Source of the DNA: Oligoflexia bacterium
Lineage (GTDB): Bacteria; Bdellovibrionota_C; UBA2361; JBGSMV01
NCBI GenBank assembly: GCA_019694515.1
Contig: JAIBBU010000001.1
Location: 235,716 to 299,715 of the forward strand
Length of the DNA stretch: 64,000 nucleotides
Direction of reading: 5' to 3'
Shown one piece after another: positions 1 through 8,649 of this stretch (the stretch's first letter is position 1; the number at the start of each line of letters is the position of its first letter). The notes beneath the pieces were generated by a model. It did not search any database, had not been told where the DNA came from, and saw only the letters and a list, made by a program, of their open reading frames with translations. A program made the translations under genes and the position numbers.

Positions 1-640
1 CGCTAATAGCTTTCCTTTCGAAATAAAAGCCAATCTGTGACAGCGCTCGGCTTCGTCCATGTAATGGGTGGCGATCAGGAATGTTAACCCCTGTGCAGCC
101 AGAGAATGAATCTCGTTCCAGAAATCTCGGCGCGCCTTGGGATCAACTCCAGCGGTGGGTTCGTCCAACAGAAGCAGCTTGGGTTGATGCAGTAGGCAGG
201 CCGCCAAGGCCAGCCGCTGTTTCCAGCCGCCCGAGAGCTTACCCGCCAGCTGAATACGCCGATCGACGAGTCCAAGGCGACTGAGGCACTCCCGCACTGC
301 AGCTTGTCGGCCCGGGATGCCGTACATCCGGGCAACAAATTCCAAATTCTCCTGGATCGTTAAATCTTCATAGAAGCTAAAGCGCTGCGTTAGGTAGCCG
401 ACCTCAAATTTGATCAGTTCGCTCTCGGTGATGACGTTGTAGCCAAGGCAATGGCCACTGCCACCGTCTGCGCGGAGCAGCCCGCATAGCATGCGGATGA
501 AGGTTGTCTTGCCGCTGCCGTTCGGGCCAAGAAAGCCGCAGATTTCACCCCGTTTTACCTGAAGATCGACGCCATCGACAGCCACCAGCGCGCCGAAGCG
601 CTTGGTCATGCCCTGCACATCTATGGCGAGTTCCGTCGGC
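1..640 (-). CDS. ABC transporter ATP-binding protein (3' end truncated by window edge)
   Basis: Own translation of the reverse strand from the ATG at 638-640: MPTELAIDVQGMTKRFGALVAVDGVDLQVKRGEICGFLGPNGSGKTTFIRML... Walker A is GPNGSGKTT, the ABC signature is LSGGWKQRLALAA and Walker B is LLLLDEPTAGVD. The gene starts 5 nt after the stop of the HlyD adaptor gene, so the two form an operon. Confidence 0.8.
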
Positions 641-644
641 ATGC

Positions 645-1421
645 TTATTTGGGCAACCTAACATCAACCGGCTGGCCAGGATGCAGCTTAACGGCGCTCT
701 CAGGAGCTAAAGCTATTTCGATCATGAATAGCAACTTCTGCCTGCTTTCACGGCTGTAGATAACTGGTGGTGTGTATTCAGCTTGCGGCGAGATGAAGCT
801 GACCTTGCCGTTCATACGCTCCCCGATTCCATCGACCTGGATCTCGACGGGATCTCCTAGCTGTAGACTGCCGATGCGATTTTCGGGGATGAAGGCTCGC
901 ACCTTAATGTTTTCAGGGGGAAGCAAAGAAACAATAGGAGCTCCCGCATTTACCCATTCGCCTTCCCGATATAGCGTATCAAAAATAAATCCAGCTTTGG
1001 GGGCGTTCTGGCTTTTTTGCGATAGATCCCACTCGGCCTTGGCAACCCGCTGCTTGTCCTGATCGCGTGCTGATCGGGCGCGATCTAGGTCGGCTTTGGT
1101 ATTCACGCCGCCGGTCTTGCTCAATCTTTCCTGGCGTTCAAATTCGCCCTGGGAATAAGCCAGCGCCGCCTGATTTTGATCGAGCACAATCTTTTCCGAC
1201 GCGCTATCCAATCTGAAGAGTCTATCGCCAATGCTGACCTGCTGTCCGCGCTGCACGTCAAGTACATCCAGTTTCCCGGAGAGAGGCGAGGCAATGTAAA
1301 CAAACTCGCCCTCGGCATAGCCCTGGAGCATCGAATTCTCGGTATTCTGGCAACCACTTAAAATTATTGTGAGCAGCATCAGTACCCAAAATGGTGAAAC
1401 CGGGAAACGCAGGTATGGCAT
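645..1421 (-). CDS. HlyD-family periplasmic adaptor / membrane-fusion protein
   Basis: 258 aa. N-terminal signal/lipobox-like segment (LLTIILSGCQN). Coiled-coil region followed by a beta-barrel/lipoyl-like C-terminus typical of HlyD/EmrA adaptors. Directly upstream of the ABC ATPase on the same strand. Confidence 0.7.
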   Translation of the reverse strand: MPYLRFPVSPFWVLMLLTIILSGCQNTENSMLQGYAEGEFVYIASPLSGKLDVLDVQRGQQVSIGDRLFRLDSASEKIVLDQNQAALAYSQGEFERQERLSKTGGVNTKADLDRARSARDQDKQRVAKAEWDLSQKSQNAPKAGFIFDTLYREGEWVNAGAPIVSLLPPENIKVRAFIPENRIGSLQLGDPVEIQVDGIGERMNGKVSFISPQAEYTPPVIYSRESRQKLLFMIEIALAPESAVKLHPGQPVDVRLPK

Positions 1422-2066
1422 TGTCGTTCGTCTGTAATTATCGCTCTCTCAAAATTACCCTCTGCGGGTGCCGGAAACAATCAGGCGCAGATCGAGCGGG
1501 TAGATCGCGTAATGGTTTTGATGCGCTTGCAAAAAGGTATTAAGATCAACACATTAATCCGGAGCGCATGAATCGTGTATAGACTCGAAAGCCGCCCCAG
1601 AACGCCGCTCAATCGAGAAGAATCCGGGTCTAGACTCGGTTTACAGGCGGCCACGCTCCATTGGTGCCTCAGCGTGCCACCGCCGAGAACGCAATGCCTA
1701 CAACTGTTAAAAGAAGAGCCGCGGAATGTAAGACGCAGCGATTTTTCATTTTCTTACCAATTTTGTTTGTCTGCTAATTCCCTCTTTAGGCAGAGCGGCC
1801 GGAAAGCACAATGCCGCGAAGAAGAATAAATTGTCCGGGCTGAAATGTTTTTGAATGCAGACGCGCTGCGAACAGCGGGAGGAGATTAGGGAAAGACTTA
1901 GAGCGGGAAGCTTCGATGGACCGGGAGGGGTGGTGCGGTTTGATCGAAATAACGACGTGATCGATTCTCCCTACTATTTGCTGCCGGTCATTAATCGAGG
2001 ATAGTTTCGCCCCTCGAAGCTAGCGCGGCGCTCGTGCTCAGCGTAGTCTGAGCTCTCCGCGAGCCT

Positions 2067-2870
2067 CTAGCGTGGACGCACTCTGAGTGAGGTGACCGAC
2101 ACCGTCGCCGAACTTGTACTGACTCCGGGCTTTCCTGTCGGATTTGGGATGCTCAGCTGAAGCTTGATCTGAATGTTTACATCCTTCCCCGCAGGGATCT
2201 TCGTGATCCGAACACCGCCATTAAATGCCTCGAACTTTAGATTCAGCTCTAAAGCCGCAGCTTTTGAGCTGGAACGCAATCTAAAATTACCGGCGCTGTC
2301 CGTGAAGGTCGAGCGCGTGGATCCGGAGAGGCTTACACGCGCCCCCGTCACCGGCGTTCCGTCGTTAAATACCAACTGCCCTGCAATCAAAATCGTCCGT
2401 TCTTGGGGCACGGGGGTTTCGTGCGGGCGGGGGGTTGAAGGAGGCGCTGGTACCGGAGTCGGAACGGATGCGCTGATATCCAATACCGAGACCGAAACAT
2501 TGCCGTTTAGAGGATCGACCTCAATTTCAAGCGAAACTACTGGCGCGCCTGTTGGGATCTGCTCAATCGTGGCGCTTGAGGAGAAATTATCGCCGCTGAT
2601 AAGCAGTGTTGCTGAGTCCCCCGGCAGCTCAGTCTCGATTGTGAATTGGCCCTCGGAGTCGGTGAGCGCGGCAGCACCGCTTTCCTGAATTCGCACCTCA
2701 ATTCCAGCCAATGAGGCGCCGTCGAGGCTTTTCACCTCACCTTCGAAGCGGGTGGAGCCGAGTCCCTCGGTGCTAACTGTGCCGCCTCCGCAGCCCACCA
2801 GACTATGTAATAAAAATACAACCAGGAGAACTCGCAGTGCGAACTTGCCGAATATAAGCGCGCGTTTCAT
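2067..2870 (-). CDS. lipoprotein with Ig-like / carboxypeptidase-regulatory-like beta-sandwich domains
   Basis: 267 aa. Signal peptide with lipobox (LLHSLVGCGGG). A Pro/Thr linker (PTPVPAPPSTPRPHETPVP) separates two beta-rich domains (LSGSTRSTFTDSAGNFRL... ; IEVRIQESGAAALTDSEGQFTIE). Confidence 0.5.
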   Translation of the reverse strand: MKRALIFGKFALRVLLVVFLLHSLVGCGGGTVSTEGLGSTRFEGEVKSLDGASLAGIEVRIQESGAAALTDSEGQFTIETELPGDSATLLISGDNFSSSATIEQIPTGAPVVSLEIEVDPLNGNVSVSVLDISASVPTPVPAPPSTPRPHETPVPQERTILIAGQLVFNDGTPVTGARVSLSGSTRSTFTDSAGNFRLRSSSKAAALELNLKFEAFNGGVRITKIPAGKDVNIQIKLQLSIPNPTGKPGVSTSSATVSVTSLRVRPR

Positions 2871-3706
2871 TTTCTCTCTCCTTCCAGGGAAACTTTACTG
2901 AAACTACTTAGTGCTATCTTGGCGAATTTCCCCTTGTAGCTGGGGATCGGACTGACATCCTGATCGTGCTTGGAAAGTAGCGCGCGAGCCTTTTCATGGA
3001 GTGCATGACCCTCCTTCAATAGCCAGCTTTTGATCTCCTCTAATCCTTCGGTGCGCACGCGATCATACACCGTCCGGGAGTGCAAATTGGGAATCTCTGG
3101 ATCGGAGAGCACATTCTCCTGCACGGCCTCAAGCAGGTCGCAGCTGTCGTCCGAGTAGATCTTGAATCCCGCCACGATATCACCCTTCGGCACATAGGCT
3201 TCGACTTGCAGCTTCACCCGGCTGCCTGTCCGCTCTACTGCGCCGACCCGCTCCAACTCAAAGAGCACCGCGGCGGGATTTAGCTCTTTACTCACGCGGC
3301 GCACGAGTTTGGAGAAATCGGACTGATCTGATCCAACTGAAAGAACTCGGGGTGCTCCGGCCGCAGTGCTAAAATCTTTATGCTTGTGCCATTCGCCTAT
3401 GATGCGCGTCAGTAAGCCCGTAGGGCGCTCCAACTTGACCTCGCCGCGGTCTAGTCGCACGATATCACGCCGGTGTAGCCCAGTGAGTACACTAAGCCGA
3501 CTATGATTAATTTTTGCGCTGCTATTCTGCAGCTCGCGTTTGGCCTCGTCAACAAATTCAATTTTGCAGCACTCAATTAGATCTTGAAGCTTAATGGAGT
3601 GCCGGATGCAAAAGCGCGCCACAGGCTTAAGCATCAAGCGCAAGCAGTCCAGGATTAAGCTATTGGCGAGTTTCTTTAGCACTTTGATAAGATGTGAAAT
3701 ATACAC
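2867..3706 (-). CDS. hypothetical protein with putative HTH region (possible transcription regulator)
   Basis: 279 aa. Segment ...SRLSVLTGLHRRDIVRL... resembles a helix-turn-helix. Overlaps the downstream lipoprotein gene by 4 nt. Divergent from an AT-rich promoter region that contains a palindrome. Confidence 0.45.
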   Translation of the reverse strand: MYISHLIKVLKKLANSLILDCLRLMLKPVARFCIRHSIKLQDLIECCKIEFVDEAKRELQNSSAKINHSRLSVLTGLHRRDIVRLDRGEVKLERPTGLLTRIIGEWHKHKDFSTAAGAPRVLSVGSDQSDFSKLVRRVSKELNPAAVLFELERVGAVERTGSRVKLQVEAYVPKGDIVAGFKIYSDDSCDLLEAVQENVLSDPEIPNLHSRTVYDRVRTEGLEEIKSWLLKEGHALHEKARALLSKHDQDVSPIPSYKGKFAKIALSSFSKVSLEGERK

Positions 3707-3763
3707 ATATTACGGGTTATGGGATCTTTAATCAAGTATGTATACTTACCGATTTTTTTTCAT

Positions 3764-3784
3764 ATTTGACTATCGCAGTCAATT
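3764..3784. promoter_or_regulatory. palindromic operator-like site overlapping a sigma70-like promoter
   Basis: TTGACT-ATCGC-AGTCAA is a perfect 6-bp inverted repeat at 3766-3782. A -10-like TAGAGT lies 16 nt downstream, and TAAAAT follows. The site sits in the AT-rich divergent intergenic region between the 2867..3706 (-) and 3846..4565 (+) genes. Confidence 0.4.
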
Positions 3785-3845
3785 TGCTAGAGTTAAAATG
3801 TGCAAAATACGCATCTGATGGTGAGCGCAATTTAATGGGGATGTT

Positions 3846-4565
3846 ATGCTTAGAAACAAGTGCGGTTCGATTGTAGTCCTATTGTGTAGCTGCGTTTTGT
3901 TGTGCGGAGTCTCTAGCGCTGCCGCGCAGCCGATTGGTATTAGTTCCAGCGCTGTGAGAGTCGTCGGCGCATGTGCTGAATACTTCAATGTGCGCGGGCG
4001 TCGACAGATTCAACCCGTAACTTCTGCTAAGATCTGCCACGCGCGCATCGCCGTCTTAAAGTCCTTTGAAGCAAAAAGCATAACTCCATCTAAAAACAGA
4101 GTGGCAGTTGAGCTGCAGGGAAGCGTCTATAACCGCTACACCCCGCAGCTAGCGAGGAAAAATTTCAGTCTACGGGTCGTAACCGAATCGCCCAGCCGCG
4201 GGGTGGTGTTTGCTTTCAAACTCACTCCGGGTAAGGGCCTTATCCGCCTCTCGTCCAGTGTTAGTCCGGTGCTTTGGGCGTCCTGTGATGAGCTGGATAC
4301 CATGGCAGCTGCAGAGTTGGCTTCCCTGCGGAGCTGCTCAAAAGATAGCGATTGCGGACAGGCGCTGCCTCTTGGTTGTGGGCCGACTACCGCCCCGGCG
4401 GCAAGAAAAGACGCCGACGCTGAAACGTTCTACGAAATCTTAGGGCAGGCAGCGGAGCAGGAGTGCGCCTTATCGACTGTTCCTTCGATCTCGATCTGCG
4501 CTGTTCTTCCGGTAGGCGGTTATACCTGTGTGGAAGGAGTCTGTGAGCAGCGGGTTAACGATTGA
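3846..4565 (+). CDS. secreted cysteine-rich hypothetical protein
   Basis: 239 aa. N-terminal signal peptide (MLRNKCGSIVVLLCSCVLLCGVSSAAAQP). Many Cys in the mature part. No family recognised. Confidence 0.5.
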   Translation: MLRNKCGSIVVLLCSCVLLCGVSSAAAQPIGISSSAVRVVGACAEYFNVRGRRQIQPVTSAKICHARIAVLKSFEAKSITPSKNRVAVELQGSVYNRYTPQLARKNFSLRVVTESPSRGVVFAFKLTPGKGLIRLSSSVSPVLWASCDELDTMAAAELASLRSCSKDSDCGQALPLGCGPTTAPAARKDADAETFYEILGQAAEQECALSTVPSISICAVLPVGGYTCVEGVCEQRVND

Positions 4566-4617
4566 TGAAGTCGCTAAATTGATCTGTAGCAAATATTTAT
4601 TAAGAACGGAGTAGTAT

Positions 4618-5139
4618 ATGTTCAGTTTTAAGAAACGATCGATGTCCTGCCTGATTGCAATAGTTGGTGTAAGCGCAGTTTTCTCAGCGGTGAACTCCTT
4701 CGCAGTTGATCCACTGCAGTATGACTGTGCCTTTCAGATTTCGGCTCAAGACCAGCAAACGCCCTGTTCAAATGCCTCGATCTCAGGCGATACCTATGCA
4801 AGTTTCGATGTGGCGATTGAATCCTTCGTGGGGAGCAAGGGCCATAGAGGATATGAGTTAAATGAGAATGCGATCTACGCGGAGGTGCTGAGCTCTGGAA
4901 ATGCTTGCGCCTCGGCCCGAACTTCCGAGTCCGTTAAGCGAGTTGTCGTCGATCGCAAACCGACGAAGGTGACTCTTCGACGCATCGGTAATGGCAAGGC
5001 GCTACTTAGACTGATCAAGCCTCTGGATGAAAGTGTAGCAGCGGACCTGATTAAGACCAGGAGCGAGCTAGGATTCTCGGGATGCAGCAGCTGCCGGGAA
5101 AGAATTAGGGGCACCTGCACGCTGCGTGTTAGCCCTTAG
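4618..5139 (+). CDS. secreted hypothetical protein
   Basis: 173 aa. Signal peptide ([21 protein letters not shown]). RBS-like GAACGGAG upstream. Co-oriented with the previous secreted protein. Confidence 0.5.
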   Translation: MFSFKKRSMSCLIAIVGVSAVFSAVNSFAVDPLQYDCAFQISAQDQQTPCSNASISGDTYASFDVAIESFVGSKGHRGYELNENAIYAEVLSSGNACASARTSESVKRVVVDRKPTKVTLRRIGNGKALLRLIKPLDESVAADLIKTRSELGFSGCSSCRERIRGTCTLRVSP

Positions 5140-6743
5140 TTGAACATCGGGTGCTGCGAAGCTTCCATGTCGTGATCGTCAAGTCGCACGATTCTTGTTG
5201 GACTCGCAGGCGCTTCTTGTTCTACCTCACCCTCCGTGGGCGCAGCTGTCATGGGCGACGTCGTGGCGCGAGCGGTGGAATTCGGCGCCGGTTTGGAAGC
5301 GAGTTGTGCGATCGTATGGTTTGCACCGTGAATCACCTTAGTTAGTCCATCCACGATCTCGTTTAAGGTCGTGGCTTGAGCGGAGAGTTCTTCGGAGGCT
5401 GCCGCCGATTCCTCGGCTGCAGCCGAGTTCTGTTGAGTAACTTTATCGAGCTGTGTTACAGCCAGATTGACCTGCTCGACGCCTGTTGTCTGTTCGTTGC
5501 TAGAAGCCGCGATCTCCTTCATCAGTTCCGCTGACTTCATGGCATTTTGGTTGATCGTGTCTAGAGAGCGAGCCACAAGTTCGGTTGCTTTTACCCCCTC
5601 CTGCGCTAAAGTTTTAGAATGCCGGATCTTCTCGGCAGTATCCTTAGCGGCTACCGCGCTGCGTTGCGCTAAATTCCTGACCTCTTCGGCGACTACCGCA
5701 AATCCCTTACCGGCTTCTCCCGCGCGCGCAGCTTCGACGGCAGCATTGAGCGCCAGTAGATTGGTCTGAAATGCGATTTCATCGATAATCTTGACCACCT
5801 GCTCGGTCTCATCCGCTGATTTACGAATAGATTGAATCGCCTGTTCCATGCTGCTCATGGTGCGGGTGCCTTCTTCCGCAGCGCGCCGCACGGAGTCCGA
5901 CAGCTGGCAGCCTTGCTGTGAGTTCTCCGAGTTGTGCTTTGAGACCGACGCAATTTCATTTAGCGACGCGGCTGTCTCTTCTAGAGAAGCGGCTTGTTCG
6001 GTGGCACCTTGGGCAAGAGCCTGTGAGCTGGAAGCTACTTGTTGGGCTGACGAGGTAAGCTCCTTCGAGGCGCTCCGCATCCGATCGATCATCGTGCTGA
6101 TAGTCTTAGTCACAGATCGATTCAGGAATACCAAAGAACCCAGGGCAACCACTGTCGCCAAAGCAAGCGAAATGAACATTAGGAGTTTAGCGATCGGTCC
6201 ATCATGCTCGCCTGCGGCTTCGGCCTGATGCTCACGATTTTCAATCATAGTCGAAAGCTCTTCTTGTTTCTCTTCTAGAGCCAGAAAAGCCTTCTTGAAA
6301 TCCGGAAAAATTGCGACCGCCTGCGGGTAGTCAATAAAAGCAATCGTACCGACTGCCTCCGCTAGCTTGATATAGCTGTCCAAAGCAGGACCAATTGACT
6401 CCAACCCGCTCATCATATCTTGGGGCAGATTCATCTCCTGGTTTCTAGCCAGCGCGTCGCGGAACTGCTGAGCATGTTCACGCAGCTCCGCAAGGATCTC
6501 GTCCTTGCCGGCCAAGCTTTCCCCGGCTTTGCTTCCGACATACAGCGCCAGCACTACATCAGCGCGCAGCGCATCATGCATCATGTCTCCGTCCATATGG
6601 TTGTGCAGCGCACGACTGAAGGTCTGAAGTTCCGATTGTGTTTTGACCAGCAGTGAGATGCCCCAGAATCCTGCTCCGACGGCGCAGGCGATGGTGAAGA
6701 TATTGAGGGCCATTACAAGAAACAAACGTTTGCCGAGACTCAT
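5136..6743 (-). CDS. methyl-accepting chemotaxis protein (4HB_MCP sensor + HAMP + MA domain)
   Basis: Highly conserved MCP signalling domain (...[41 protein letters not shown]...). Two TM segments flank a periplasmic 4-helix-bundle region. Start moved to the internal Met ([13 protein letters not shown]...) at 6743; the track ORF extends to 6809. Confidence 0.85.
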   Translation of the reverse strand: MSLGKRLFLVMALNIFTIACAVGAGFWGISLLVKTQSELQTFSRALHNHMDGDMMHDALRADVVLALYVGSKAGESLAGKDEILAELREHAQQFRDALARNQEMNLPQDMMSGLESIGPALDSYIKLAEAVGTIAFIDYPQAVAIFPDFKKAFLALEEKQEELSTMIENREHQAEAAGEHDGPIAKLLMFISLALATVVALGSLVFLNRSVTKTISTMIDRMRSASKELTSSAQQVASSSQALAQGATEQAASLEETAASLNEIASVSKHNSENSQQGCQLSDSVRRAAEEGTRTMSSMEQAIQSIRKSADETEQVVKIIDEIAFQTNLLALNAAVEAARAGEAGKGFAVVAEEVRNLAQRSAVAAKDTAEKIRHSKTLAQEGVKATELVARSLDTINQNAMKSAELMKEIAASSNEQTTGVEQVNLAVTQLDKVTQQNSAAAEESAAASEELSAQATTLNEIVDGLTKVIHGANHTIAQLASKPAPNSTARATTSPMTAAPTEGEVEQEAPASPTRIVRLDDHDMEASQHPMFN

Positions 6744-6833
6744 ATGCGATTCAGGAAAAGAATAATACAAACTTAGAGGAATTGCTTTCCCTCTAGTAAT
6801 TTCGGGCAAATGGCCGATTTGCTTGAATCGAAT

Positions 6834-8051
6834 CTAGAGTGAAAATTCAGTCCGAATTCCCAGCACCAAAGCATGTTCTGCGGCGCGGAGTGCTCCCGGG
6901 TAATGAATGTATTGCAGGTCGGGTTGCACAGCCCAGTAAGGGAGAACTTGAATGCGATATGCAAGTTCAGTCACGGTTTCGGCCCGTGCTGAATCAGCAT
7001 TGAAATCACGATATTTGCGGCTAATCCCGGCTCTCGCTACCCCGAGAGTTAGTACATCGACCTCGCGCCCCTCGAAGACACCTGTATAAGCAGCTCCGCA
7101 GCCGAAATAATTTGCGGTTTGGTTTCGGTCTGCGCGTGCAAACCCTGCCTGATAAAACAAACCCAAACCCTGTTCAGAGTCTTCTTCGGAGTAAACTTTC
7201 CGCTCTCCGATCGAATACAGACCCCCGTTGCTGGAGTAGCGATGGCCGTCGAATCCTTCAAAATCAGTCGAAACGGTCCAACCGCCCAGCGCAAGCTTGT
7301 AGGGAGATTCTTCAGTTCTCTGCCAGCCCGCCTCGGTAGCCCAGAACAGACCGTCGCTGCGATGTAGCTTTACATGGGTTCCGCGGGGATTACTCGGATC
7401 GCCCGGAACGCCGTCGTAGATCGCGGTGCGAAGGAAGCTGTTGCTAGTCGGAGCGATGTAAAGGCGGGCGGCCAGCGATGTCGTGGGAAAGATCGAGGGG
7501 CCGGACTGGGCAATTTCATTTTCAACCCCAAAAGAGCTGTTAATCAGCGTCCCCGCATAATCGAGCGCGGCAAATTCTGAGTTGTAGTCATGCAGGCCCA
7601 CCAGTACGGATACTGCGCCGTCGAGCACAGCCTGGTCGTACCAAAGTTCGTAGAGCTTGAAGGTATCGGGGGCTTCAATATTGTCGCTGACCTGGAGATC
7701 TCCGATGAAGGCGCTCGGATCGCTTCCCGCATCTCCCAATAAATAAACAAAAAGTGTTCCGCCCTCGGGACCCCCTGCTTTGCCGGCATCCAAGGTCGCG
7801 CTTAAGTCATAATTCAACAGCTTGCCCGTCTTTTTGCTGATGCCGCCGGCTACGTTACTGATAAGATCTGCGGTCAAAATAGATTCGATCGTAAGCCCGT
7901 GCTCTTCAAGCTGCTCCCGTGCTCCGCCCCAATTCCCTAGTAGATGTGCTGGGGATTTGGCCAGCTGATCATCAGCCAAGCTGATGCATGGAACGAGGGC
8001 GAGCAGGCCCAGAAGAGAGTAGGAGGCAAAACGGAACAATTGAGTTATCAC
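6834..8051 (-). CDS. outer-membrane porin, OprB-like (carbohydrate-selective porin family)
   Basis: 405 aa. Signal peptide (LLALVPCISLA). Alternating beta-strand pattern with aromatic-rich segments, resembling OprB-family porins. Call from memory of the family, not a search. Confidence 0.5.
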   Translation of the reverse strand: MITQLFRFASYSLLGLLALVPCISLADDQLAKSPAHLLGNWGGAREQLEEHGLTIESILTADLISNVAGGISKKTGKLLNYDLSATLDAGKAGGPEGGTLFVYLLGDAGSDPSAFIGDLQVSDNIEAPDTFKLYELWYDQAVLDGAVSVLVGLHDYNSEFAALDYAGTLINSSFGVENEIAQSGPSIFPTTSLAARLYIAPTSNSFLRTAIYDGVPGDPSNPRGTHVKLHRSDGLFWATEAGWQRTEESPYKLALGGWTVSTDFEGFDGHRYSSNGGLYSIGERKVYSEEDSEQGLGLFYQAGFARADRNQTANYFGCGAAYTGVFEGREVDVLTLGVARAGISRKYRDFNADSARAETVTELAYRIQVLPYWAVQPDLQYIHYPGALRAAEHALVLGIRTEFSL

Positions 8052-8151
8052 GGATCGAAAGCCTGTTTAAACGGTTGCGTCACAGATCGGTAGGATTCGC
8101 TCGGATATTGAGGTCGAAATTCAGAGTCGTCAAAATGGCTAAAGCAGCTGG

Positions 8152-8355
8152 TTATCTCTGCTCAAGAAGATGCTGATGGGCCATCGCCGATCGTCCATGC
8201 CGTCCAAGATGAGTGGGTAGATCGCGAGCGCTAAGCGGGCTATCGCTTAGGCGCAGCTGAGCCCGCGGATCCGCGCTATTTGTTCCTGCACTGCAGGCAG
8301 TCAGCAGCACCGTTAAAAGAAAGAGGACAACATAATGGCGAATGGGGTTTGGCAT
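8152..8355 (-). CDS. small putative lipoprotein
   Basis: 67 aa. Signal peptide + lipobox (LLTVLLTACSAG). Upstream of and co-oriented with the porin gene. Short, so weak. Confidence 0.3.
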   Translation of the reverse strand: MPNPIRHYVVLFLLTVLLTACSAGTNSADPRAQLRLSDSPLSARDLPTHLGRHGRSAMAHQHLLEQR

Positions 8356-8467
8356 CGGAGAAGAGTATCATATTGGCCGCAGCTAACCTAGTTGAGCGTT
8401 CTTGATGGGGACCAGCTATCGCCTAAATCGCGAGCTGGAAGGGCTTCTTGGCACGAAATGAAAAAAA

Positions 8468-8497
8468 GTTAAGTGGGCAGGGGGTTGCCCACTTAAC
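8468..8497 (-). terminator. rho-independent terminator-like hairpin (minus strand)
   Basis: GTTAAGTGGGCA / TGCCCACTTAAC forms a 12-bp perfect stem with a 6-nt loop. It is preceded on the + strand by A7 (8461-8467), which is a U-run on the - strand transcript. No minus-strand ORF lies upstream of it. Confidence 0.45.
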
Positions 8498-8649
8498 GAG
8501 GAGTCAGGCATCGTAATGCAACCGGCTTTCACCGATTGCAAGGGAGAATCGTATCTTCCCTCTTGTTAAATGCCAGAATTGTGCCAAGCTGTTTTTTGGT
8601 CTTCCCAGCCTCTGGTCACGTCAATTATCGGTGACAAGAGCTTTCGATT

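Noticed and set aside
504-710. Plus-strand 68-aa ORF at the start of the window
   Set aside because: The region is fully explained by the minus-strand ABC ATPase, which has clear Walker A, signature and Walker B motifs. The plus-strand translation is Arg/Ser/Pro-rich noise.
1575-1829. 84-aa plus-strand ORF in the long leader upstream of the HlyD-ABC operon
   Set aside because: It has no RBS, a low-complexity translation and unusual composition. It is more likely non-coding leader sequence.
5151-6228. Plus-strand ORFs antisense to the MCP gene (5151..5345, 5467..5769, 5848..6228)
   Set aside because: They are antisense to a confidently assigned MCP gene and have Ala/Ser/Arg-rich low-complexity translations.
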